From Chiloscyllium plagiosum (Eukaryota), in assembly GCF_004010195.1 (NCBI RefSeq), contig NC_057711.1, forward strand, positions 73,841,399-73,905,398: DNA of 64,000 bases. The letters are read 5' to 3'. Position 1 is the first letter of the stretch; each line of letters begins with the position of its first letter. The translations under genes and the position numbers were made by a program. Under the pieces are notes generated by a model. It was not told where the DNA came from. It saw nothing but the letters and a program-made list of their open reading frames with translations, and searched no databases. Positions 12,160 to 24,446 of this stretch are shown here, piece after piece.

Positions 12160-13200
12160 TAGAGTCACAGAGATATGCAGCACAAAATCAGACTCTTCTG
12201 TCCAACTCATCCATGCTGATCAGATATCCTAAACTAATCTAGTCCCATTTGCCAGCACTTGGCCCATATCCCTCTAAACCCTTCGTATTCATATACCGAT
12301 CCAGATGCCTTTTAAATGTTGCAATTGTACTAGCCTCCACCATTGCTTCTGGCAGCTCATTCCATACACGTATCACCCTCTGCATGAAAAAGTTGTTCCT
12401 TAAGTCCCTTTTAAATTTTTCTCCTGTCACCCTAAACTTATGCTCTCTAGTTCTGGATTTCTCCACCCCAGGGAAAAGACCTTGTCTATTTACCCTATCC
12501 ATGCCCCATATGACATTATAAAACTCTATGAGGTCACCCCTCAGCCTCTGACACACCAGGGAAAATAGCCCCAGCCTAGCTCAAATCCTCCAACCCTGGC
12601 AACATTCTTGTAAATCTTTTCTGAACCCTTCCAACATTGCTCTGATTGGAAGGAGACCAGAATTGCACACAATATTCCAAAAGTGGCCTAACTAATGTCC
12701 TGTACAGCCACAACATGACGTCCCAGCTCATAGAGAAAGTGAGGGCTGCAGATGCTGGAGATCAGAGCTGAAATTGTGTTGCTGGAAAAGCGCAGCAGGT
12801 CAGGCAGCATCCAAGGAACAGGAGGATCGACGTTTCGGGCATAAGCACTTCTTCAGGAATCAGGGCTGAAGAAGGGCTTATGCCCGAAACGTCGATTCTC
12901 CTGTTCCTTGGATGCTGCCTGACCTGCTGCGCTTTTCCAGCAACACATTTTCAGCTCCCAGCTCATATACTTGATGTTCTGACCAATAACGGAAAGCATA
13001 CCAAACACCTTCTTCACTATCCTATCTACATGTGACTCCACTTTCAAGGAGCTATGAACCTGTACTCCAAGGTTTCTTTGTTCAGCAACACTCCCAGGAT
13101 CATGCTATTAAGTGTATAAGACCTGTCCTGATTTGCCCTTCCAAAATGCAGCACCTCGCATTTATCTAACTTAAACTCCATCTGCCACTCCTCAGCCCAT
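12160..13200 (-). mobile_element. CR1 LINE 3' fragment (same family as 38884-40416)
   Basis: RLRGDLIEFYNVIWGMDRVNRQGLFP...FFMQRVIRVWNELPE (12239-12556), KVESHVDRIVKKVFGMLS. Confidence 0.88.
12733..12955. mobile_element. Penelope-derived fold-back mini-element with 12-bp TSD, inserted in CR1
   Basis: TCCCAGCTCATA at 12721-12732 and 12956-12967; arms ~12765-12856 and 12866-12957; hammerhead core CUGAAGA 12866-12872, GGGC-UUAU-GCCC, GAAACGUC 12886-12893. Confidence 0.92.
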
Positions 13201-13203
13201 GTT

Positions 13204-13535
13204 TGGGTGGCACGGTGGCTCAATGGTTAGTACTGCAGCCTCAGAGCACCAGGGACCTGGATTTGATTCAACCCTTGGGCAACAGTCTGTGTGGAGTTTG
13301 CACATTCTGCCCATGCCCGTGTGGGTTTCCTCTGGGTGCTCTGGTTTCTTCCAACAGTCCAAAGGTGTACAGATTAGGTGAATTGGCCATGCCAAATTAC
13401 CCATAGTGTTCAGGGATATGTAGATTAGCTATGGAAAATGCAGGGAATAGGGTGGAGGGGTAGAGGGGTGGGTCTGGGTGGAATGGTCGGTGTGGACTTC
13501 ATGAGCCAAATGGCCTGCTTCAACACTGTGGGGAT
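13204..13535 (+). mobile_element. tRNA-derived SINE (HE1-like)
   Basis: A-box-like GGTGGCTCAATGGTTAG head, conserved body, 3' end ggcctgcttcaacactgtgggga followed by (AT)n. Confidence 0.85.
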
Positions 13536-16500
13536 ATATATATATATGAATATATGTCAATACATTATCCGAACATCCATTTGCTTTAATTTTATACACT
13601 AATCTCTTGTATGGGACTTTGTTGGAAATTTTTTTAGAGTCCAACTAAACCACATCCACTGGCTATCCTTCATCAATGCTTTGCATCCTTTAATTATTCC
13701 TTTAGATTTAATAAACATGATTTCCCTTCTGTAAATCCATGCTGACCCTGTCAATTCCAAGTACCCTGCTATTAAACTTTTTATAACGGACTCTGGTATT
13801 TTCACCACTACCGACATCAGGCTGCTTGGTCGAAAATTCCTGGTTTTCTCTCTGCCTCCCCTTTTAAATAGAGGGCTTACATTAGCTACACCTCAATCTG
13901 TATGAACTGTTCTAGTGTCTATAGAATCTTGGAAGATGACCACCAACGCATCTACCATTTCTAAGGTCACTTCCTTAAATCTCTAGAGTATAGTTTATCA
14001 GGGGCTCAGGATTTATCAGCCTTCAATCCCATCAATTTCCCCAATAATATTTCCTTACTAATACTAATTTACATCAGTAAACGCCTCTCACTAAATCTTA
14101 TGTTACCCAACATTTTTATAACATCATCTGTTTCCTCCTTTGTGAACACAGGACCAAAGTATGCATTTAGATGGTGGAGCCATCTTTTAAAAAAATCCCC
14201 ATTATAACATCCAATTTTTCTTACTGTAAGAGACATACAGATATTGGCTTCACCAATTTTCATCTTTTCATACACCTAGAGAATCTTCTACCGTCAGTTT
14301 TTGTGTTCTCTCTTAGTCATTCCCTTTGTCCTTCATTGCTGAATTCACATAAGGTTGGAGTTAAGGTATTTGTAAGTTGACTGCATCTTTCTTTTCTGCT
14401 TCCAAGCTCACTATTGCATCAGGGAAGACATGCTGGTCAGTAACGTCTCATATTATGAATGGGTTCACCAATTTGGAAACAACCAAAACTAAAGTCTGAA
14501 TCAGGATAAGCAAACCCTAGAAGCAAATAAAAGTCACAAGGATCAAGAGACATGGCATGTTATATACCTTGTTTGCCTGGTCAAAGTTTGCATGTTGTGC
14601 AAGGAGACAGTAATAATGGGAATTAGAATCTCTGACATCTCTGCAACATCACTATTCAATCGAAACAGTTGTATTGCTGAAGTAACCTGGTGTGGGGAAC
14701 AGCCTCAACCAAATGAGGCATTTTTTTCAGTCTGCAAATGAAGTATAAATTCAGTAAATATAGGTTTCTGTCCTTACTTCGGCTCTTGAATGGAGTATGT
14801 CTTGACCATTATGACCTCAGAATTTGAAAACTCAAGACAATTCGGTAATAACATGCTTATCCTACACACTAATTTATTTTTTGCTTAATGTCAATTCCTT
14901 AACGTTTCTCCCATTATAATATTTTCACATGTTTGGTTTTTAAAGGCATTAACAGGATTGTCAAAAATCTTAGAAGGAAGTCAGTTATCTCAACAGATCT
15001 ATGCTGGTTTTAGAAAATGCTGTCAAATTAGTCATCCCTACCAGCTTTTTATCTGTAATTCAGCAACTTTCTCATTCTCAAATACCTGCCCAACATTTTT
15101 TTAAAAATTAGTAATGTAAACAGAATCTCATGTTTTCAGCTAAAGATCCAGATTCTGATAAAGCCTCACTTGAAAAAAGAATTCTTCTCATCTCCAGACT
15201 GGAGATTTTTGCAATGATTTTGTATCAATAACCTTGGTTACTGACCAACTCTAACTATATTTTCCAATTTTTCATTCCTGAAGTCTGTTATCTCTGGGAA
15301 CATTTTGGCAAATTTCTGCTGTACCTTATCTAAGTCATCCTTAGGTACAAAACTTCATGTTTCCACATATGAAGAGGCAGTGGTGTTTCTGCCCATTTCA
15401 CTAACTTATATTTTCACCCTGAAGCTTATAACTATCCTCAGCATTATTCTGAGGATAGTTCAGTTTTCTCAGGTTTTGTACAATCTGCAAATCGCACAAT
15501 GCTCCTGTTTACATTGAATTTGTAAAACATTGCAAAACTTAATAGACTCAAAGCTGATCCTTGGGAAAAAAGCACTAAGAATCACCTCCCTGTCTAAAAA
15601 AACATCATCAGGCACCATTTGTAGCCAGTCACTAAGTGACATTTGTATCCAGACCGCTACATATTCCTGAATTCAGGGCTTTCAATCTCTTGAATAAGCC
15701 TCCTGTAAGGAACTTTGTAAATTACCCTCCAAAGCTCCATGAATATGTCTTCTAATACATTACTTTGATTACTGTAACTTTTTCCATGTCACAATCAAAA
15801 TATTCAATCAAGTTCGTCAAGCACAATTTATCTTTCAAACATTCGTGGTGGCTATCCTTGATTAGCCATTGCACTTTCAAATCAAAAGTTACTTTAATCT
15901 CGGTAATGGATTTCAACAACCCTCCAATTCACCAGTTTTCCAGTATCTTGGCAATACCCCTGTGACCAAAAAGCATTGAAAGATTGTGACCAATTGTCTT
16001 AGTATTTAGCAGCTAGGATGAACTTCATCTGTACCCAGTGACTCATCAACTTTTAGTAATGCTAAGCTTTACACAAGCTTTTTTTTTGCCTATTACAATT
16101 CTATCCATAATTGTTCTCTTCTATTTGATTGCAACCTTCCACTGGTTCCTTTGTGAAGTCAGATGCAAGATACTTATTTTTAAAAAAAATTCACTCTTGG
16201 TGTCACTGGATGGGCCAGCATTTATTGCCCTTGAGAAGGTGGTGGTGAGCTGCCTTCTTGAACCACTGCTGTTCACATGCTGTAAGTTGACCCACAACGT
16301 CATTAAGGAGGCAATTCCAGGATTTTAATAATAGGAAGATATTAGGAACTGAAGGGACCTGGATTAATAATAAAAAATTGTTCATTTTTGGATTCTATTT
16401 TGGCTGGACAATTAGATGAAACTGGATGGTGAGTGCACTGCAAATGCTTGAACCTGTTAGATCCTAAAATATCAATCAGGGCCCTATATGGAAGCCATGG

Positions 16501-17339
16501 CACCCAGTTTAACAATTAAAAAATGTACCTGAAACAAGTAGAAGCTACAGATCCACATTGACTTCCAAATCCAGAACTAAGCCCCTTGTAACGTAATGGT
16601 GGCAACTGCAATAGTGTGTTAAGTGAACTGCTGAGACATTACTGAGCTGTTATTGCTCAATATACAATAGATAGACCAAATAAAATTCAAACTTTTTTCT
16701 AGTTGTTTGTGAATTCAATAAAATAAATGAAATAATTCAATAAAATAAATTTATCTTTGAATATTTGGAATAGATTACAAAATGTAAATCCAGTCCTTGG
16801 TAGTCGAACGGTTATGCTTGCAAACTCATATCCTAGTATTGTAGAACTGAATATAACCTAATCTGAGAGGTTGGATAATGTATATTAAGTAAATTACCAT
16901 GGAAGCATTACATGATTGTGCACCTCAGCAGACCCACTAATCTCCTACATGGAAAGATCTATCAACCCTCCCATTTTTAAGACAAATATTTCATAAGGTA
17001 GACTATTAGAATAGCCTCTGCATCCTATGCACAACTAGAACTCTGATTTGCAAGTATTATGAGGTTTCTGCCCTAGACAGGTGAGATGTCTCACTGGTCC
17101 AAAAGATCTTGGATTTTAGCTTTAGTTCTGTTTGTTTTGCTACATGTTTGGTGATGCAATCAGTTTGCTCTGCCTATTCACATAATCCATCTGCAACATG
17201 TTCTTGGCCTGTCCACTCTTATGCAGATTAAAAAAAAAGTTCGATCAATTTTCAGTTAGTGGAGCAGTTCTTCAAGGGTATCAGCATCAATTATTTTATG
17301 ATAAATCTGATAATTAATTCAGTACTTTTTTTTAAATTC

Positions 17340-18270
17340 ACAGATGTGGGCATCACTGGTGATGCCAAGATATCTAGTCCATCACTAATTGCACTTGATA
17401 AGTGGTGGTGACTCATCTCCTTGAGCTGTTGCCATCCTGACAGGCAGATGGACCAACAGTATGGTTAGGGAAAGAATTTCAGGATTTTGACTGATCAATA
17501 GTGAAAGAATGATAATATAGTTCAAACTCAGAATGGTGTGAGGTTTACAGGGGAACTCGCAGGTGGTGGTATTCACATGCATTTGCTGGTCCTATTATTC
17601 TAGTTTGTGGATGTTACGTGTTTTAGAGGTGCAGTTGATGGAGGGATTTTGTAGATATTTATAGAAGAAGCATACTGTTGCTGCTGGGCATTGGTGGTGG
17701 ATTGGTGCATTTTGAAAGCATTAGATTGCCGCCAGTCAAGTGTTGGACTTTGCCTTTGGAAGGTGGGAGGCAGCTTGAATGTTTCTTGACATTGCACTGA
17801 TCCAGACAAGTGGAGAATATTCCATCATACTCTTGATTTGTATCTTGCAGATGTTTGCAGGCTTTGAAGATCAAGAGGTAGGTTATTTGCTACAGTAGCT
17901 GAGCCTCTGATGTGTTATTGTAATTGCAGTATTTATTTTTGGATGGTCCATTTCAGTTTTCTGTTGATGATGACCCTTAAGATGTTGATGCTGAGGGATT
18001 CAGAGTTACAAATGTCATTGAGTGACAAGGAGAGATGGGTAGATTATCTTATTTGAGACATTCATTTTCAGGCACTTGGCTGGCTCACCAGCCACCCATC
18101 AGCCCAAATCTGCTTTTCCACCAGATCTTTCTATATATGACAATAAGCTGCCCTATATCTGTGGATTATAAGTAGTACTGAGCATTGAGCAAGTATTAGA
18201 ACGTATTCCCCTCTCTGACCTTGTGATGGATGGAAAGTCAGTGATGAAGCACCTGAAGATGGCTAGTCTT
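17340..18270 (-). mobile_element. Decayed LINE 3' region (family of 200-5650)
   Basis: Reverse complement resembles 5130-5630; similar tails at ~16190-16325, 42640-42960, 46370-46850 and 55375-56560. Confidence 0.65.
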
Positions 18271-18560
18271 AGAGTTCTAGAGGTCTTGTGTTGTAATGGT
18301 AGTTTAGGCCAGGAGGTCTAGGTTCAAGCCCCGACTTACTCAAAAAGTGTGTAATAACATCTCTGAACTTGTTTAGAAAATAGCTACTCTGATCTGTCTA
18401 TGAGCAAAAAACTATTTCCAGGTGTCAGTCATAACTTGCTAGTCTCACTGAAAAAAAACAAAGGAAATTATGTTCTGAATGAAAAATACATTAATAATGT
18501 TAATAACATTATTAAGAATATTTGTCTTTCAGGTTGCACATAATTAAGGTCCATTGTTAA

Positions 18561-18736
18561 GAAAAAGACACAATTTCGCCTGTTAGAGATTATTAGTGGC
18601 ACAAGCACATTTTCAGGCAGCTTTGATCATCCTTTCTAATTTCTACAACTCCAACATTGTATCCTATTCACAGACTCAGCACAAAACAATGTTACTTGAG
18701 TTCTTAGTATAGTTCATTAACCTGAAATGCTAAAGC
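18561..18736 (+). repeat. 176-bp direct repeat, copy A
   Basis: Ungapped alignment to 19953-20128 with 23 mismatches by manual count (~87% identity). Confidence 0.95.
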
Positions 18737-19449
18737 AAGCTTTAATTATAAACTGATTGTTAATCCATAGGTTAAAGGAGAAGGTATTAGGTGACTTTCC
18801 CTTCTGTCAACAGCAACATATTTTGACTTGTTTTTTTTTCAGAGATTGAACATAAGCAAACAAAAGCACAAAGTCCTTGACTGCAGTATGATTTGATGTG
18901 TTTCTCTCTATTTTTTACACAAAGATTTCGAAAAAAATTTTCATTATTAGCAAGATAAAGGACAGCCATTAGATGATCATTAAAGGTTCTTCTTGATATG
19001 ATCGTGTCCTAAATGTTACCAACCTCACTTCTGCTCCTTGAAACTTGTTTGCATTTGTTTCCCAATTATTAATTATCACCTTTCCTTTCTGCACTATAAT
19101 AGCATCAAAAGTTCGAGATATTTGCTCTCTTAAACGTTAATATAATGTTCACTTTAACCACGTGTTTGTCTTTTGCACATATCTACACAGTTGCATGCAC
19201 ATTAATATATTTCTATAGATAGTTGTGACCTATGGGGGGTGTGTGTGTGGTAAGATTAGCTCATGTTATTTTACTTTTGGAAATTCTTACCATTGTGCTA
19301 AAATTATGAGTTGTGTATAGTTCTGATATTGCCTATCGTGTGTATTTCTATAGTGAACACCCTTGTTAGATGTAAAACTCCAGTATTCTTTCTTATACGC
19401 AAATTTTCCTGCATTTATACATTTATCTATGCATTTCTCACTGTCATTT

Positions 19450-22400
19450 TTATTGCTGTTACTGTTACAGTTGAGGTGCCGCTAAAACATTAAGTAATTT
19501 AGCTACAACGTCTTTTCAAATTCAGCTCCAAAACCAACCAGACAGAAAAGTGTACATATATCTTGTACGAATACCATCGGAATTGTGTGGATGATCTTTA
19601 TTGAAGTATTTAGTTGCGAGCAAGTAAAAGTGAACAAAGCAGGCTGCAACTATAGAGCGCTTAGACTTCACGCCGATTTAACAAAACTATTGAAACTGTA
19701 GCCTAACAACAACTAACACATATCTTCCCGAGGAAATCGGCATTACCTCTCCAGGACCGAGTAAGCCTAATGTTAATTAATGTGCATTAGGCGCGGATAT
19801 TTTCGCTGATTTATATCAACCTGTTCTGATATATTGCATTGACTTAGAGACTAGGACGAAACAAATAGACTAAACCTTTCACTTCTATCTGTTGCAAATT
19901 ATTCATAAAACAAAGTTGAGTTTTACGAGTCGCCTTCTTACGTCGGCTATGGGAAAAAGACAGAATTTTGCCTGTTAGTGATTATTAACGGCAGAAGCAC
20001 ATTATCAGGTAGCTTTGATCGTCCTTTCTGATCTCTACATCTCTAACATTGTGTTCTATTCATAGACTTAATACAAAACAATGCTACTTGAGTTCCTAGT
20101 ATAGTTCATTAACCTGAATAGCTAAAGCTCCTAAGTGGATGAAAAAGAAGCAAAAATGACTAAATCTGTTGTGAATCCGCTGTAGGGTTCAGTAGAATTT
20201 GCTGGTAATGCCGCTGGCACCTCTCCCTTTCTGTCACTGAGATAAAAAAAGGGAGTAACCACGGAGTGTTTGACTTCACGTTCTGTGTCAATTGTACAAA
20301 ACTTTAAGAAAATCGGTTCGATCCAGCGGAACATCGCCAGTGACTGCAGCGTCCAGATTGTAGACACAGAAACAACTACTTCACTCGCACATAAATACAC
20401 CTGCATACTTCACAGATAATTTCCTATATTTATGCTTTATCACGTAGAAACGAAAATGTACCTCTTTGAAATGTGCATGGCTTTTTAAAAATAGAACTGA
20501 TTGATAACCCAACGCTTACTTAGCTATGAATATCTTAAGCTTAATTAATCTGTTCTCCAACTGACTGGAGTTCAACAACTCACCAGTATCACCCGTACTC
20601 GAGTTTGTCCGACCACTTTCTGCCCCTCTGCAGAAATATTTCTCGGGTAGATTTTGACTTGAGAAATGTAAGCTAAAAAAGGTAGTCCCTTACTGACAAG
20701 GCTGTCATCCAGTTAGAAATATCGACCGTTTGTTGCGGGACGAGATTAATTTGCTCTTCCGTACTTTTCATTTAATAATAACAAATATTGAATAAGCACA
20801 TCTAACCAATAAGGAATGTCATTGCTCTCCTAACAATGTTCAGTGTTTAGAAACAAAAAAAAAAGCAGCACTAAACTTAGATTGACCCTTGAGTGCTGTT
20901 GGTGATGGGGAAGTTTATAACATGAATTCTTGGCTGGATATCTGAAAACGAGAAGTTGCGGAAGAAATTCCGTGAAGTCCAAACCGCCTACCGCAATGAA
21001 AAGCGGGGAAGTGTTGAAATTACAATACGTCAGGGTGGTCAATTTCTCGAGTAACATCACGTCCAATGATGTGGAGGTTGCCGGTGTTGGACTGGGGTGG
21101 ACAATGTCAAAAATCACGTACAATAAATCGTGATGTACCTTCTGGTCTGTAGTGTGCCAAATAAGTCAGCCAGCAGGGGAGTACATTAGCACTTTATATT
21201 TTAGTTTCAAGTCATGTTTTTTATTTTAAAAGTCCAGTTGCTTTAAAGGACGGCAATAATAAAGACTTTATGCATTTATATATGAAAACTCATCAGTAAA
21301 ATTTAAATCTTCAGATAATCCTTTGCAAATATAAAAGCACATATTTAAGTTATGTTGGTAGACTAGCACCATAATGGCCCGTGAGGAATTTGGCTAGAGA
21401 AACGCGCAGACGCAACTGAAAACATTATTCTGTCTTTAAAACCTTTCAGATCGCTGAAAACAAGAGTAGACTGTTGTGTATAGAACCCCACACAGGCGGC
21501 GTTAAATTGTTCATTTGATCGAACACTTCCAGATCGTAGTTAAACATTTAAAGCAGCAAATGCGACTCCAATTTGCTAAAAAAAAATGCAGATGTTTGAT
21601 TAATGTTAACCTCTACTAAGGCAAATTTCATCTGCAAAGACAGAGGAAAAAGTCTTCTGATCGCATTTCTAGAAAATCTCGTGTGACTTATGTTTTGAGA
21701 CAAGTAACATACACAGAAGGGAATAACTTATTGCACGAAAAAATAAATCAAGAACCGGATTTCTTTACCGCTGCAAACAGGCATGACATTTCCAGATCCG
21801 TTCGTTTCAACCTCTATAGCTGACATTGGATTCCCTTTCTGTCTGAAGCTTTATATATATATAAAGCTTCCTTGTAGACCAATGCACAAACCGTATTGCG
21901 CAAGCAACGAGATGCTTCGAGCCAATTCATTGGAGTCAATTCTCGAGATTGGTTTTAAAAAAATGCGTTCTAGATAGCCATTGAAATCACCCGCAGCCAT
22001 CGCACGTATCAGTTAATCTTTAAACCATGTAATATGCTTTGTCATTTTGACATGCTTACCATTTCATTTCTGATAGCACCTCCACATTACTCCAACTCAC
22101 TCATCTTTGCCCTGCGGTAATTGCAGAGACGAGAGGTTGGCGGTAAGATCAATGTTTGACTTCTCAGTGAAGCTGGCGGAAGTTGTAATTGTAAAGATGT
22201 TGTCTTTGATAAGGAGACCCCACTGGCTCCCAGTCTCTCCCTCAGAAAAACAATGCAATTTAGCCACGTCTGGGACTTAGCTTGTCTCTAATTGTTAAAC
22301 GTTTTTTTCCATAAGTCATGACAAAATTGTTATTTTTTCCAATTTCGCTTTCCATTAATGGGTTCTGTAATACATCTTGGCAAAGCCCTTTGTGGTTAAT

Positions 22401-23150
22401 GAAGTTGACATAATTTTTTTCCAATTCATTATGTGCATGTCTTTGAAGAAGGACTTTCTTCAAAGCTACAGTTAAAAGAACCAGGTAAAAAAATGTGCAC
22501 ATGTTTTTTTTTAAGCAGCTAATCGAAGATCGTTTTTAAATGTTCACCTCCTTCCATTATTTGGCACATTCTATCATGGGCATTCAGATCAATAAACGAT
22601 TTAGCTGCAAGAAAAATAAATATGCAATGCGAATATAATGGCATTTACTCCGGTCCCCTTCAACAGTCGCCAGCTCCCACAAACTAAACCAAGATAGTGC
22701 CTGACGAATGTGTCAGTGCTCCACAAGTTACTAGGACAGAAACAAGTGTTGTATTCTGAAGTGGTGTCATGGAACACTTTCGTAAAATCAAACACATATT
22801 TGTGGCTTGAATCCGTGTGAAGGCGATCCAAAAGTGCAAAAGGAGCAAACAGCTGGAATGAAGAGCCTTTGGGGGATTTGTATTAGAAATTAACCACATC
22901 GCCTGCTCAGTATTTGGTTCAAATGCGCCTCTACTTCCAACAAGCAGGAAGGTTTCAGGACAGAGGACAGCTCTTGTACATTACAAATCGTCCTCGGCGA
23001 GAGAGTTTCAGTTTACACATTCTTTCAAGAACATCCTTTATTTTTGGAAATTATGATGCATCGAATCCTCAACAAAATGATCGAAACCAGTTAACACGAT
23101 CTTTATATTTGTTCCATTGGGATCATGAATTTTACTCTGTGTAAATTACG
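19450..23150. promoter_or_regulatory. Putative cis-regulatory / hypomethylated block (CpG-retaining, nearly TE-free)
   Basis: Visibly more CpG than the flanks despite being AT-rich; unique sequence; motif clusters such as CAGCTG-GAATG at ~22849-22860 and TTAATTAA at ~19773 and ~20541. Function is inferred. Confidence 0.45.
19953..20128 (+). repeat. 176-bp direct repeat, copy B
   Basis: Ungapped alignment to 18561-18736. Confidence 0.95.
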
Positions 23151-24446
23151 AGTCTCTTTATGGGGAAAAATATCTGGAATTTATGCTAAAATTAGAAATT
23201 AGTAATGTATCCGGATTCTGAAAGTTTAAAGCGTCCTGAGTTGTGATTGTAAACATTGATACCTTGGAATCTTCTTTGGCAACTAACTTTTCATAACACA
23301 ATAAAGTTGCAACAAGGCGGAAATTATGTTTTTTTTCAAGTAAATAGAGTTTTTTTTGCAATAAACAATAATATTGTCCACCAGCAGGTAAATTCCACAG
23401 CTTTCTGTTTAGTGAACTAATAGTGGTGTGACAATAACTTCTTATTTTCCTGTCCATTTTGCTACACTTAATTTGTGAAAAAAAGTTTATTAACAAAAAT
23501 GTAAACTTCAAGTTTATTTAATTTGACCAGTTTTAGCTGATTACTTTTGATAGTTATACGAATTTGACAACTTATACCTCGAATGAAAGGGAGACTTTGG
23601 TTGTCATCCCAGCCAATTTTGCATTCAGCCTGAAACATTGTTTGGAATGTTGAGCTAGATGGACACTTGATTTCCTTGTACTTTGCTTTCTAGGAGTGAA
23701 GTAAATTCCACATGCTATTTTGCCCAGTGTACCTGGAGCCCATGTATCTATCTGCTGCAAACAAAACTGGGTTCTAATGAAACACTGGTTGGTACTTTGG
23801 TATGGATCACTTCTCTCTGATCTCTACCAATTCCTGAAATCGTTTGATGAATTTTCCACTGACCATTGCGATAGATGTTGGAATCTCCCATTTTAAATAG
23901 TTAGAGAATGAAGAAACTCACCCATTGAAAAGAGGAGTCTTCCTGGAGCTTTATATAATTTCAGCTTGGACTTTCAAGGTTGCAGATGACATCTACAAAC
24001 CTTTTGCATTTACACAGGAAAGTATCAAGCAGGAGATATTGGAACAGTCTGCAGCTCCTACCAGATATTTTCTAAGATGGGAGAGGATAAGTTTCTTGAT
24101 TTTATGATCCAAAACTTACTTTCTAAAATGTTGATATTCTGCTGTGAAAATTTTAAAAAGTTTTTAAACCCTTTGCATATGATCTCACTTTTGGAATTCA
24201 ATTTTATTTGGCAGGATCGAACAAAAATGATGCAGAGAAGCAGATAAATGTACTGCACATGATAGGAGAGCAGTTTCTGGTCATCTACCAATCACTAGAG
24301 CTATCCATTAGGAGTTACTAAATTAGTTCTTTTACATAATGGTACCCTTTTATTAATGTTACTCCTAAATATATTTAGCATGTCATAGTGTTCTCCCCAC
24401 AATAATGAACCATCAACCAGACAATGCAGAACAACTTCAGTTTCTA

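Larger units (their letters stand above)
11525..14330 (-). mobile_element. Older CR1 LINE RT region, interrupted by insertions at ~12160-13545
   Basis: Peptides DLDKLSEWANAWQMQYSVDKCEVIRFG (11754-11966) and KISNKVPYKRLVYKIKA (~13600); FGPVFTKEET near 14150. Confidence 0.8.

Noticed and set aside
13204..13280. tRNA gene
   Set aside because: The tRNA-like head runs directly into a multi-copy SINE body and I cannot fold a full cloverleaf.
14567..14731. Minus-strand AG...GT bounded exon-like segment
   Set aside because: Stops in all three frames and no other support.
18561..20128. Paired LTRs or a duplicated coding exon
   Set aside because: No TG..CA ends, TSD or internal coding motifs; the frames favoured by the mismatch pattern contain stops on both strands.
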